DNA of 63,860 nucleotides, the filler included. It is 4 parts of 4 records of this genome, joined end to end, with 100 filler letters (N's around TTAATTAATTAA, not from the genome) between each part and the next. Parts side by side here need not be neighbours in the genome. Positions count along the whole stretch, not along the records: positions 25,519 to 51,468 come from SRR2962707_2593; positions 51,569 to 58,405 come from SRR2962707_2601; positions 58,506 to 63,860 come from SRR2962707_2718; 1 more part is not named here. The stretch is one strand, 5' to 3'. The notes below the pieces were generated by a model. The model saw nothing but the letters and a program-made list of their open reading frames with translations, was not told where the DNA came from and made no database searches. The translations under genes and the position numbers were made by a program. This document shows, piece by piece, positions 49,106 through 58,542 of the stretch (position 1 is the stretch's first letter; each line of letters starts with the position of its first letter).

Positions 49106-51163
49106 CTAGGGCGCATCGTGCAAAACGTCCAGAAAGGCCGCGCCAAATCGTGCTGCCCGTTTGTCACCCAGCAACTTTTCCATGTCTGACATGCCCCCCG
49201 GTCGGAATTGGGCCACCTTCGCCAAGAGCGACGCAGAACAGCTTAAAGGTTTGTCCCCTCCTGCCGCACCACGCGAAAGATCGCTTTGAACCTGCAACAA
49301 GCGGTCATACACATCACCGGAAGCCTTCCCTGCCAACTTTCGTCGCGTTGGGTGCATGCCCTGCGCCTCACCGTTAATCACGGACAGAAAGGCATCGCCG
49401 TAGCGTTCGAGCTTTTTGGCCCCGACCCCATTAATCCGCGCCATGTCATCCAAAGAGTCAGGGCGTTTTTCAGCCATTTCAATCAGAGTCCGGTCCGGGA
49501 ATATGACATAGGCCGGGACGCGCCCTTCTTCTGCCAAGGCTCGACGCTTGGCTTTCAAGGCGGACAACAATGGTGCATCTTCTTCGGAAACCAACGTCTT
49601 GACTGCGGGCCTGCGTTCCCCCTTGGCGCGCGTGATACTATCTTTTCGCAAGGTGATACGCTCTTCTCCACGCAAAATCGGGCGCGCAATTTCCGTCATA
49701 ACCAACGCCCCATGGCGTTCGGTATCCGGGCGCATCAAATCATGGCCCATAATCTGGCGAAAAACGGCCTGCCATTCGCCCTTTGACAGATCTTTTCCAA
49801 CACCAAATGTCGGCAAGGCATCATGTCCGCGTTCCCGAATTTTGTCGGTGGATTTACCCATGACAATGTCGATGAGATGCCCAGCCCCAAAGCTTTCACC
49901 GGTACGCAAGGCAGCGGATAGGGCTTTGCGTACCGCATCCGTTCCGTCAAAAACCTCAGGCGGGGTGTCGCATAAATCACAATGACCACATGTGATCTCG
50001 GTTTCCCCGAAATAGCGCAACAAATTTTGGCGCCGACATTCCAGAGCCTCTGCCAAGCCCAGCAACGCATTTAACCGGCCATGATCGGCCGCACGCCGTT
50101 CCGGCGGGGCCAGACCTTCGTCAATCTGAGAACGACGCAAACGAATATCATCCGGGCCAAAAAGGGTCAGCGTTTCAGCAGGTGCACCATCACGCCCTGC
50201 CCGACCGATTTCCTGATAGTAGGCCTCAATCGATTTAGGCAAATCGGCATGGGCCACCCACCGGATATCCGGTTTGTCGACCCCCATCCCAAAGGCAACA
50301 GTGGCCACAACGATCAGGCCGTCTTCGGTGGCAAAACGTTCTTCCACGTGGCGGCGCTCTCCGGACTCCATGCCGCCATGGTAATAACAAGCGCTGTGGC
50401 CCGCTTCGCGCAGAGCCTGTGACAGGCCCTCAGTCTTGGCACGTGTGCCACAATAGACAATCCCAGACTGACCTTTGCGTGCTGCAGCAAAATCAAGGAT
50501 CTGACGGCGCGGACCGTCTTTGGCCGCAAAAGCCAAATGGATATTCGGCCGGTCAAATCCGCGCAAAAAGGTTTGTGGCGGTTGGCCATCAAACAGACGT
50601 GTTACGATTTCCTCTTGTGTCTCGCCATCCGCAGTTGCCGTAAAGGCTGCCAACGGGACGTCCAGTGCCCGCCGCAATTCGCCAATTCGAAGGTAGTCGG
50701 GCCGAAAATCATGACCCCATTGGCTTACACAATGTGCCTCATCCACCGCGATCAATGACACATTCGCCTGTGCCAGCAGGCGCTGCGTTCCCGTAGAGGC
50801 CAACCGCTCTGGGGCAAGATAAAGCAGTTTCAGACTGCCATCATGCAATTGGTCCCAAACGGCGTTGTTTTCTTCTTCGGTGTTTCCGGATGTCAGGGCA
50901 CCAGCCACAACCCCCGCTTCTTTTAACCCGCGAACCTGATCGCGCATCAAAGCAATCAAAGGGGAGATGACCACTGTCACACCATGGCGGATCAAGGCCG
51001 GAAGCTGAAAACACAGCGACTTGCCCCCGCCAGTTGGCATAATTGCCAACACATTGCGGCCCTTGGCGACAGCCTCCACTATTTCGCCCTGTCCAGGGCG
51101 AAAGGCGTCGAATCCAAAGACATCACGCAAAAGCGCGTCGGTGTCGGGTGTCTCGCGGGACAT
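49106..51163 (-). CDS. recQ: ATP-dependent DNA helicase RecQ
   Basis: MPTGGGKS, DEAHCVSQWGHDFRP, QEIGRAGRDG, RQC Cys cluster and HRDC domain. An alternative GTG start lies at 51184. Confidence 0.97.
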   Translation of the reverse strand: MSRETPDTDALLRDVFGFDAFRPGQGEIVEAVAKGRNVLAIMPTGGGKSLCFQLPALIRHGVTVVISPLIALMRDQVRGLKEAGVVAGALTSGNTEEENNAVWDQLHDGSLKLLYLAPERLASTGTQRLLAQANVSLIAVDEAHCVSQWGHDFRPDYLRIGELRRALDVPLAAFTATADGETQEEIVTRLFDGQPPQTFLRGFDRPNIHLAFAAKDGPRRQILDFAAARKGQSGIVYCGTRAKTEGLSQALREAGHSACYYHGGMESGERRHVEERFATEDGLIVVATVAFGMGVDKPDIRWVAHADLPKSIEAYYQEIGRAGRDGAPAETLTLFGPDDIRLRRSQIDEGLAPPERRAADHGRLNALLGLAEALECRRQNLLRYFGETEITCGHCDLCDTPPEVFDGTDAVRKALSAALRTGESFGAGHLIDIVMGKSTDKIRERGHDALPTFGVGKDLSKGEWQAVFRQIMGHDLMRPDTERHGALVMTEIARPILRGEERITLRKDSITRAKGERRPAVKTLVSEEDAPLLSALKAKRRALAEEGRVPAYVIFPDRTLIEMAEKRPDSLDDMARINGVGAKKLERYGDAFLSVINGEAQGMHPTRRKLAGKASGDVYDRLLQVQSDLSRGAAGGDKPLSCSASLLAKVAQFRPGGMSDMEKLLGDKRAARFGAAFLDVLHDAP

Positions 51164-51248
51164 GGGCGTGCCTGTTGTTGTCACTACATCTGCTCTGACA
51201 GCGACAATCCCATACTAACAGTTGGGGAACAAGAGGCCCGACGTGCTC

Positions 51249-51468
51249 TTAGTAAAACACTGCCGCGTTATTCGCGAGAATGATCCGAAGCGCATAAAGG
51301 CCAACCAAGAAAACCAACGGGGCCAAGTCGATCCCACCCATCGCGGGCAGGAAACTGCGGATGCGGGAATAGATCGGATCCAGAATGCGGTTTAATCCGT
51401 CCCAGATTTGCGCAACCAACGGCTGACGCAGGTTCAAGACCTGGAAATTGATCAGCCAGCTCATGATC
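51249..51468 (-). CDS. yggT: YggT family membrane protein, 5'-truncated
   Basis: MSWLINF...LDPIYSRIRSFLPAMGGIDLAP. Confidence 0.9.
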
Positions 51469-51568
51469 NNNNNNNNNNNNNNNNNNNNNNNNNNNNNNNN
51501 NNNNNNNNNNNNTTAATTAATTAANNNNNNNNNNNNNNNNNNNNNNNNNNNNNNNNNNNNNNNNNNNN
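51469..51568. other. Artificial contig linker
   Basis: N44-TTAATTAATTAA-N44. Confidence 0.99.
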
Positions 51569-52762
51569 GACGGCGCCGAGGATTTCAAGATCGTCACCGC
51601 GCCGATTGATAATCCCGGACGTGAAAACTGGCAGGATATCGTCCCCCACATGCCGGGAACACTGATCGTCGGCTTTGAGGTTTTTGCAGAGTATCTAGTC
51701 CGGCTGGAGCGGGTTGCAGCGTTACCACGCATTGTCATCCGCAACTGGGAGAGCACCGAGGAATTCACCATCCGCTTCGAGGAAGAAGCCTATGCCCTCG
51801 GTCTCGAGGGCGGATACGAGTACGCCACCCGGAAACTGCGCTTTTCCTATTCCTCGCCGACGACGCCGCGCCAGGTCATTGAATTCGACATGGCAAGCGG
51901 TGCGCGTACTCTGCTGAAGCAGGACGAAGTCCCCTCCGGGCATAATCCGGCCGATTACGTCACCCGTCGCATTCAGGCCGTCGCCACGGATGGTGAACTT
52001 GTGCCCGTGACGGTGCTCCACCGGGCTGATCTGGTTCTCGACGGCAGCGCGCCCGTGCTGCTGTATGGCTACGGCAGTTATGGCATGACCATGCCGGCAT
52101 CGTTCGTGACCCCGCGTTTGAGCCTGGTCGACCGCGGCTTCATTTATGCCATTGCGCATATCAGGGGCGGCATGGAAAAGGGTTATCGCTGGTACACGGA
52201 CGGCAAGCGCGAGCGGAAGCGAAACACCTTCACTGATTTCATCGCTGCCGCCCAGGCCCTGATCGCCCAGAACCTGGCCCGGCCCGGCGGAATTGCCATC
52301 CATGGCGGCTCTGCCGGCGGCATGCTGATGGGGGCCTGCGCCAACATGGCCCCTGAGCTTTGGCGGTGCGTCGTGGCCGATGTCCCGTTCGTCGATGTCC
52401 TGACCACCATGTGCGACACCTCGCTGCCGTTGACGCCGATTGAATGGCCGGAATGGGGCAATCCGATCGAAGACAAGGCCGCTTACGACTACATCCTGAG
52501 CTATTCGCCCTATGACAACGTCGAGGCCAAAGCCTATCCGGCATTGCTGGCAACCGCAGGGCTGACAGACCCCCGCGTGACTTATTGGGAGCCGGCGAAA
52601 TGGGTCGCGAAACTGCGTGATCTGAAAACCGACGACAATCCGCTTCTTCTGAAAACCAACATGAGTGCCGGGCATGCGGGCGCCGCCGGACGCTTCGACC
52701 GGCTTGAAGAACTGGCCTTCAACTACGCATTCGTTCTGAAAACTTTCGGTATCATGTCCTGA
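51569..52762 (+). CDS. ptrB: Oligopeptidase B (S9A), 5'-truncated
   Basis: YGYGSYG, AHIRGG, GGSAGG, VPFVDVL, DPRVTYWEPAKW and AGH. Confidence 0.95.
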   Translation, partial: DGAEDFKIVTAPIDNPGRENWQDIVPHMPGTLIVGFEVFAEYLVRLERVAALPRIVIRNWESTEEFTIRFEEEAYALGLEGGYEYATRKLRFSYSSPTTPRQVIEFDMASGARTLLKQDEVPSGHNPADYVTRRIQAVATDGELVPVTVLHRADLVLDGSAPVLLYGYGSYGMTMPASFVTPRLSLVDRGFIYAIAHIRGGMEKGYRWYTDGKRERKRNTFTDFIAAAQALIAQNLARPGGIAIHGGSAGGMLMGACANMAPELWRCVVADVPFVDVLTTMCDTSLPLTPIEWPEWGNPIEDKAAYDYILSYSPYDNVEAKAYPALLATAGLTDPRVTYWEPAKWVAKLRDLKTDDNPLLLKTNMSAGHAGAAGRFDRLEELAFNYAFVLKTFGIMS

Positions 52763-52765
52763 TTA

Positions 52766-53494
52766 TCAGGCCGACAGATCGATGAAGGCCCCGACCGGCA
52801 GGGCGCCGGAGATATTCGTCGTCGCTGCGATCAGCGACTGATCGAAGGCGCTGGTCTGACCCAGCGCCGATTGCAGTTGCACCAGACGGTTGATCCGCGA
52901 GCCCGCCGTATCAAAGGCGCTTTCGAGACGTGCCCGGCTCAGTTCCGCATCCGCTTGCGTTGAGACATCCAGATTGGCGAGGCCGAGCGAAAACGTATCC
53001 AGTCCCTGGGGCAGGATGTCGACGCTGCCGCCGTAGCGGCTTGTCTGAATCCGGATCGCCGGCCCTCCCCCGTCGATGAAATTTGCGTTCCCGACGGCGC
53101 TGGCGTCGACAAGGCTGTTGATCAGCGCCACAGCGCGGTCGAGCTGTGCCTGGATATTGCCTCGCGATACCCGTGTTCCGTCCGCGGACAGCAATTGCGT
53201 GCTGTTGGACGTCAGGCCACCGTGCGCCGCCAGAGATGCTAATCCCGCCAGCTCGGAAAGGGCCTCACGTATCGTCTGCGCGGCATAAACCGATTGCCGC
53301 AGCCCCTGGCGGGCGGTTTCCGTATTGATGCTGACCCGGCGTTCGACAAACCGGTTCGCCGCCGTGCCTTCGCCAAGCGCAAGCGCATTCGGCCCGTTAA
53401 GTGCCGCCGGGGACGACGGCCGCAGACGGCTTGCCGCTTCCGCGCCTGACAGCGCGAAGGAAACCGAAAACCCGGATGGGATGTCGAGCGCCAT
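52766..53494 (-). CDS. Hypothetical flagellin-related protein (D1-like helices, no canonical D0 termini)
   Basis: IREALSELAGLASLAAHG...RGNIQAQLDRAVALINSLVDASAVGNANFIDG...IRIQT...LDTFSLGLANLDVSTQADA...LESAFDTAGSRINRL resembles flagellin ND1/CD1 segments. Confidence 0.55.
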   Translation of the reverse strand: MALDIPSGFSVSFALSGAEAASRLRPSSPAALNGPNALALGEGTAANRFVERRVSINTETARQGLRQSVYAAQTIREALSELAGLASLAAHGGLTSNSTQLLSADGTRVSRGNIQAQLDRAVALINSLVDASAVGNANFIDGGGPAIRIQTSRYGGSVDILPQGLDTFSLGLANLDVSTQADAELSRARLESAFDTAGSRINRLVQLQSALGQTSAFDQSLIAATTNISGALPVGAFIDLSA

Positions 53495-53561
53495 ATCTGT
53501 GCGTTAAACTCCGAGGTTGATCCCCGGCTTTCTGCCTTAACGCATTATGATAGCATGATTT

Positions 53562-53765
53562 TCAATAATGTGGAGGGCGCTGGCTCGCTTCTTCCTCGGG
53601 CTCGATGTCCGCCTTTATTTCGTCCAGACGGCTGAGCTCACGCCTCAGTTTCTCGATCTGTGCCCACTGCTCGGTGATGACGTCGCTCAGCTGATGAATC
53701 GTCTGCTCCTGATGGGTCACCGTCATTTCAAGGTGCATGACCCGATCTTCAAGATCCTGGTTCAT
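53562..53765 (-). CDS. slyX: SlyX family protein
   Basis: LEDRVMHLE..HQEQTIHQLSDVI...C-terminal RPPHY. Confidence 0.93.
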   Translation of the reverse strand: MNQDLEDRVMHLEMTVTHQEQTIHQLSDVITEQWAQIEKLRRELSRLDEIKADIEPEEEASQRPPHY

Positions 53766-53778
53766 TTCGCCCTCCAGT

Positions 53779-54903
53779 TCAGCGGATCGCGCCACGTGCG
53801 GCAATTTCCCAAAGATCGACCACCCGCCCCCCCTGCACCACGACAAACCAGTCGTACAGGTTGACGGTGGGATCGCAGTGACCGGGGATCAGACGAACTT
53901 TTTCGCCGAGCATCACGTCCCGCGCCGCATCCTTGAGGATGAGTGTCCCGTGGTCATCCGACGGCCCCTGATAGCGGGCGCCCGGAATATCCGCGACCCA
54001 CGGCATGCCCTGGTCGTTCCCGAGCGCCTTGTGGCCGGCATCGACGACGGCGCGGCCCGGTTTCGTTGCGCTCATGACGGTGACCAGCACATGCAAGCTG
54101 TGGCGGAATTCGGTAAACGGGTCGCCGCGCTGATCCATGTTCTGGGCATAATCGGCATCCATGAAAATATACGAGCCGCACTGCATTTCCTGATAAATGC
54201 CGCTTTGCGCCTCGAAATGGAAGCTGCCGGTCCCGGCGCCGGTGACGATCGGCACCTCTATTTCCGCTGCCTGCATCGCTTGCAGTGTCTGTTTCACCTT
54301 GTCACAGGCGCCGCCGATCGCGGCACCGCGTTCATTGGCGGTCCGGATATGCTGGGCCGAGCCGTGGTATGCCTGCAGACCCGCGAAATTGAGACCCTCT
54401 TCATCCAGAACCGCGCGTGCAAGCGTGACCGCGGCCTCGCCCGGCTCGACACCGCAGCGGCCCGCGCCGACATCGATCTCGACATAGACATCCAGCGTCG
54501 TTCCCGCATCGCGGGCTGCCTGTGCCAGCTCATGAATGTTGCCGGCATCATCAGCCAGAACGCCGATGCGCGCGTTTTCCGCCAACGCCGCCAGCCGGGC
54601 GAGTTTGCTCTCCCCCCAGATCTGGTTGGTCACCAGCACATCCCCGATCCCGCCTGCAACCATGGCCTCGGCCTCGCCAACTTTCTGGCAGCAGATCCCG
54701 ACGGCCCCGGCGGCGATCTGGCGTCTGGCGATTTCGGGGCACTTGTGCGTTTTCGAATGGGCCCGGAGCCGCATCCCGTAGTTGCTCACGGTCTTCGCCA
54801 TGGCAGCGACATTGGCCTCGAAGGCATCAAGATCGATCATCAAAGCCGGGGTGTCGACATCCTGCATGTCGTCGCCGATTTCGGCGGGAGGCGGTTGCGT
54901 CAT
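53779..54903 (-). CDS. DSD1-family PLP enzyme (D-threonine aldolase / 3-hydroxy-D-aspartate aldolase-like)
   Basis: DTPALMIDL, RAHSKTHK, GRCGV, LQAYHGSAQH, GSYIFMD and PGHCDPTVN. Confidence 0.92.
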   Translation of the reverse strand: MTQPPPAEIGDDMQDVDTPALMIDLDAFEANVAAMAKTVSNYGMRLRAHSKTHKCPEIARRQIAAGAVGICCQKVGEAEAMVAGGIGDVLVTNQIWGESKLARLAALAENARIGVLADDAGNIHELAQAARDAGTTLDVYVEIDVGAGRCGVEPGEAAVTLARAVLDEEGLNFAGLQAYHGSAQHIRTANERGAAIGGACDKVKQTLQAMQAAEIEVPIVTGAGTGSFHFEAQSGIYQEMQCGSYIFMDADYAQNMDQRGDPFTEFRHSLHVLVTVMSATKPGRAVVDAGHKALGNDQGMPWVADIPGARYQGPSDDHGTLILKDAARDVMLGEKVRLIPGHCDPTVNLYDWFVVVQGGRVVDLWEIAARGAIR

Positions 54904-54972
54904 GTTTAACTTCCTGAATTGTCTCTGTGCGCGGAGCTTAGCGGGCAGCGGGACCGGTTGTCACGGACTTGA

Positions 54973-55001
54973 CTTGAGGGCCCGACGCTCCAAATCTATA
55001 T
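54973..55001 (+). promoter_or_regulatory. sigma32 (RpoH) promoter of the sHsp gene
   Basis: CTTGAG-N16-TCTATAT, matching the alphaproteobacterial RpoH consensus. Confidence 0.7.
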
Positions 55002-55116
55002 GGGAACGCCGGATGGCCCAAGTGGGCATTCCGGGAACGGGCGCCTGACTTATTCTTCGTGAATTGTTTATGGGCCCATGATCTGCCTCGCCCTTTGGGG
55101 AGGCCGGGAGGTGAAT

Positions 55117-55560
55117 ATGGCGATTTTCAATAATCCGCATCTGCTCGGATTCGATCACATCGAAAGAATCCTCGACCGTGCCGCAAAGGCATCCGGTGAG
55201 GGATATCCCCCTTACAACATCGAACAGACCGGCGAGAACGATATCCGCATCACGCTGGCGGTGGCTGGTTTTACCATGGATGACCTGAGCGTCGCCACCG
55301 AGGACAATCAACTCGTGATCCGCGGCAAGCAGGTCGATGACAGTGCCGAGCGAATCTTCATTCACCGCGGCATTGCCGCCCGGCAGTTCCAGCGTTCGTT
55401 CGTTCTGGCGGAGGGCATCGACGTCACCGGCGCAACCCTCGACAACGGATTGCTGCATGTGGACCTGCACCGCGAAGTGCCGGAGCCCGAAGTGAAGACC
55501 ATCAAGATTGAAAGCCCGAAGGGCAAGGCTCAGACCATTGATATGGACCCGGATTCCTGA
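55117..55560 (+). CDS. Small heat-shock protein (Hsp20, IbpA-like)
   Basis: LLGFD, YPPYNIE, ITLAVAGF, HRGIAARQFQRSF and LDNGLLHVDL. Confidence 0.95.
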   Translation: MAIFNNPHLLGFDHIERILDRAAKASGEGYPPYNIEQTGENDIRITLAVAGFTMDDLSVATEDNQLVIRGKQVDDSAERIFIHRGIAARQFQRSFVLAEGIDVTGATLDNGLLHVDLHREVPEPEVKTIKIESPKGKAQTIDMDPDS

Positions 55561-55615
55561 TCCGTCTGATCTCTGACCGATCCGATCCCTGATCGGTTAG
55601 CGTGCCGCCGAAAAA

Positions 55616-56080
55616 TCAGGCTGCCCGGGTTTCCTGGGATTCCGTCATGATCGCATAGAGCGCATCGGCTTCACCCGTCGCCCGCAGCTTGTCGCAGATA
55701 TCGTGGTCGCGCAGCAGACGGGACACGCGGGCCAGAGCCTTCAGGTGATCGGCGCCGGCTTCTTCCGGTGCCAGCAAGACGAAGATCAGATCGACCGGCC
55801 GGTCATCGATGGACTGGAAATCAACCGGTTTTTCAAGGCGCGCAAAAATCCCGTAAAGCTGGTCGAGATCGGCAAGCTTGCCGTGCGGGATCGCAATCCC
55901 GGAACCGACGCCGGTCGTCCCCAGACGTTCCCGATCCATGAGCACACCGAAAACCTTTCGCTCATCAAGGCCTGTGACGTCGGCAGCTTTCCGTGCCAGC
56001 TCCTGTAGCGCCTGCTTCTTGCTGGTCGCACGGAGATTGGCAACGATACTATCGCTGTCTAGGAGATCACTGAGTTCCAT
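55616..56080 (-). CDS. ptsN: PTS IIA-Ntr
   Basis: RERLGTTGVGSGIAIPHG, DDRPVDL and HLKALARVSR. Confidence 0.96.
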   Translation of the reverse strand: MELSDLLDSDSIVANLRATSKKQALQELARKAADVTGLDERKVFGVLMDRERLGTTGVGSGIAIPHGKLADLDQLYGIFARLEKPVDFQSIDDRPVDLIFVLLAPEEAGADHLKALARVSRLLRDHDICDKLRATGEADALYAIMTESQETRAA

Positions 56081-56160
56081 CGTCTCTTCCTGTCCAACAC
56101 GGGCTTTTTAGGCCGATCCTCTACGGGACCAGTGCTTGCTTCTTTTCAGATACGCCGTCT

Positions 56161-56745
56161 CTAGTCGGTGGCGCCACTCGGCGTGGGATCGATCCACCCG
56201 ATATTGCCGTCCTTGCGGTGATAAACCACGCTGAGCGCATTGGTTTTGACATTGCGGAACATAAGGACCGGCAAATCCGCGAGGTCCATATGCATAACGG
56301 CTTCGCTGACCGAGAGCGTTGCAATGTCGGTCTGCATTTCGGCGACAATGATCGGCTGGGCGTCGACTTCGACTTCTTCCTCGCCGGCATCGCCCTGGAT
56401 AACGTATTGCTGGGCCAGAACCACATCATCATTGGCGGCGCGGCGACGCTGGTCCCCGACAAGGCGGCGCTTGTAGCGGCGCAGCTGTTTTGCAATCCGC
56501 TCGAGCGCGGCATCGAACGCCGGATAGGCTTCACCCGCCTCGCCACGGCCCTGAACGACCATGCCGCGCGGCCCCGGATGCACGGAGATATCCACATGCA
56601 TCATCGCGCCTTCACGCGAAACCGTCACATGAGCGTCGATCGCCTGATCGAAATATTTTGTGACCGAATCGGTCAGTTGCTCTTCGGCGTAGGTTCTGAA
56701 CGCATCGCCAACATCAACATGTTTACCGGAAACGGAGATTTCCAT
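56161..56745 (-). CDS. hpf: Ribosome hibernation promoting factor (long HPF/RaiA)
   Basis: SGKHVDVGDA, KQLRRYKRRL and VVYHRKDGNIGWIDP; located between rpoN and ptsN. Confidence 0.95.
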   Translation of the reverse strand: MEISVSGKHVDVGDAFRTYAEEQLTDSVTKYFDQAIDAHVTVSREGAMMHVDISVHPGPRGMVVQGRGEAGEAYPAFDAALERIAKQLRRYKRRLVGDQRRRAANDDVVLAQQYVIQGDAGEEEVEVDAQPIIVAEMQTDIATLSVSEAVMHMDLADLPVLMFRNVKTNALSVVYHRKDGNIGWIDPTPSGATD

Positions 56746-56846
56746 GCCTGAGTCACGCCTTTAAGTAATTGATTTTATTTATTTCTTCTGCCATGTCTGC
56801 GAAACGGGGCATAGCATACAACGGCCCCTCAGCAAACGGTGGGCGG

Positions 56847-56875
56847 ACCCTAGTGAGATGGCCCTGCGAAGTCAA
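56847..56875 (-). promoter_or_regulatory. Candidate sigma70 promoter of hpf
   Basis: The minus strand reads TTGACT-N17-TAGGGT. Confidence 0.5.
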
Positions 56876-56973
56876 TACGCGAAGCTGTAACATACCCTGA
56901 TCATACTTCGGATCGTTGCAAATGTCATCACAAGGAATAAGGCGAACCGTCCGCTTGCGGACCTATTCTTGAT

Positions 56974-58405
56974 TCATTTCGGTGGGGCCTTTTGCCGCCG
57001 CCGTTCGACGGAGGAGCCTATTTTCAGGGATTCCCGGTACTTGGCGACGGTCCGCCGCGCGATATCGTATCCATCGGCAACAAGCAGCTTCACCAGCTTG
57101 TCATCAGAAAGAATTTTCTTGGGGTCCTCGGCATCGATCAGTTCCTTGATCCTGTAACGCACCGCCTCGGCTGAATGTGCTTCGCCGCCGTCCGTGGCAC
57201 CGATCGAGGACGAGAAGAAATACTTGAGCTCGAAAATGCCGCGCGGCGTGACGATGTACTTGTTGGACGTGACCCGGCTGACGGTGCTTTCGTGCATTTC
57301 AATTTCATCGGCGACATCGCGCAGCACCATCGGCTTCAGGTGGGATATGCCTTTTCGGAAAAAAGCGTCCTGACGGCGCACGATCTCGGATGAGACCTTG
57401 AGGATCGTCGTCGCCCGCTGGTGCAGGGCACGCACCAGCCAATTCGCCGACTGCAGTTGTTCCGCAAGGTACTTGCGGTCTTCCTTGCTCATCGGCTTTT
57501 CCTGAACCCGGGTGTGGTAGCTTGAATTGACCAGCACCCGGGGCAGTGTGTCCGAATTCAGCTCGACCACCCAGCCGCCCTTGGGATGGCGAACCATCAG
57601 CACATCGGGGATGATCGGCTCGGCCGTATCCGCGGCAAAAGCCAGACCCGGTTTCGGATCAAGCTCGCGCAATTCAGCGAGCATGTCCGCAATGTCTTCC
57701 GCATCGACACCGCAAAGTGCCGAGAGTCTGGAGAATTCCCGTGCCGCAACTAGGTCGAGATTTTCAACGAAGGTCTGCATCGCCGGGTCCAGCCGGTCCC
57801 GCTCTTTCAACTGCAGGGCCATACATTCGGCAAGATTGCGGGCAAACACGCCGGTAGGCTCGAAGCCCTGCAGAATCTGCAGGACCCGCTCGATATCAGC
57901 GGGTTCCGCACCAAGCAGTTCCGCCGTATCTTCTAGGGACGCGCCGAGATAGCCACTGTCTTCCACCTGATCAATCAGGTATGCGGCGATCAATGTGTCT
58001 TCGACGGAAAGATGCGCCATTGAAAGCTGCTGCGTCAGATACCCCCGCAGGGTTTCGGTCTCAGCCAGGGTTTCTTCAAGCCCTGGCAGATCCGGATCGT
58101 ACCCCCCGCTTTCAGACAGGCCTGTGTATTGTCCAACGGTGACGGACCCGTCTTCATAAGCGCCCCCCATGTCGGCATCGAGATCGCCCGCCGTCTTCAT
58201 TTCACTTTCGGCAGGCTCACCCAGATTCATTTCATCGAGCGGCGCATCCTCAAAATCATGGTCACTGTCGCTGTCGCGTTCAGGAGTCTCCGCAGGCGCA
58301 GTTTCGTCACGCTCCAGAAGCGGATTGGCTTCCAGTTCGCTTTCGACGAATTCAGACAGTTCCATGTTTGAAAGCTGCAGCAGCTTGATCGCCTGCTGCA
58401 ATTGC
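56974..58405 (-). CDS. rpoN: RNA polymerase sigma-54 factor, 5'-truncated
   Basis: QLQQAIKLLQLS, HESTVSRVTSNKY and RpoN box ARRTVAKYRE. Confidence 0.97.
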
Positions 58406-58505
58406 NNNNNNNNNNNNNNNNNNNNNNNNNNNNNNNNNNNNNNNNNNNNTTAATTAATTAANNNNNNNNNNNNNNNNNNNNNNNNNNNNNNNNNNNNNNN
58501 NNNNN
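58406..58505. other. Artificial contig linker
   Basis: N44-TTAATTAATTAA-N44. Confidence 0.99.
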
Positions 58506-58542
58506 AAAAAAAAAAAAAAAAAAAAAGTGCGCCGCTGCGAGA

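Noticed and set aside
55558-55600. Cluster of GATC sites after the sHsp gene
   Set aside because: Largely explained by a CTGACCGATC...GATCGGTTAG hairpin between convergent genes; no evidence for a methylation-related role.
25419-58505. Repeated TTAATTAATTAA motif as a biological repeat or att site
   Set aside because: It is always embedded in 44-N pads, so it is a synthetic six-frame stop linker.
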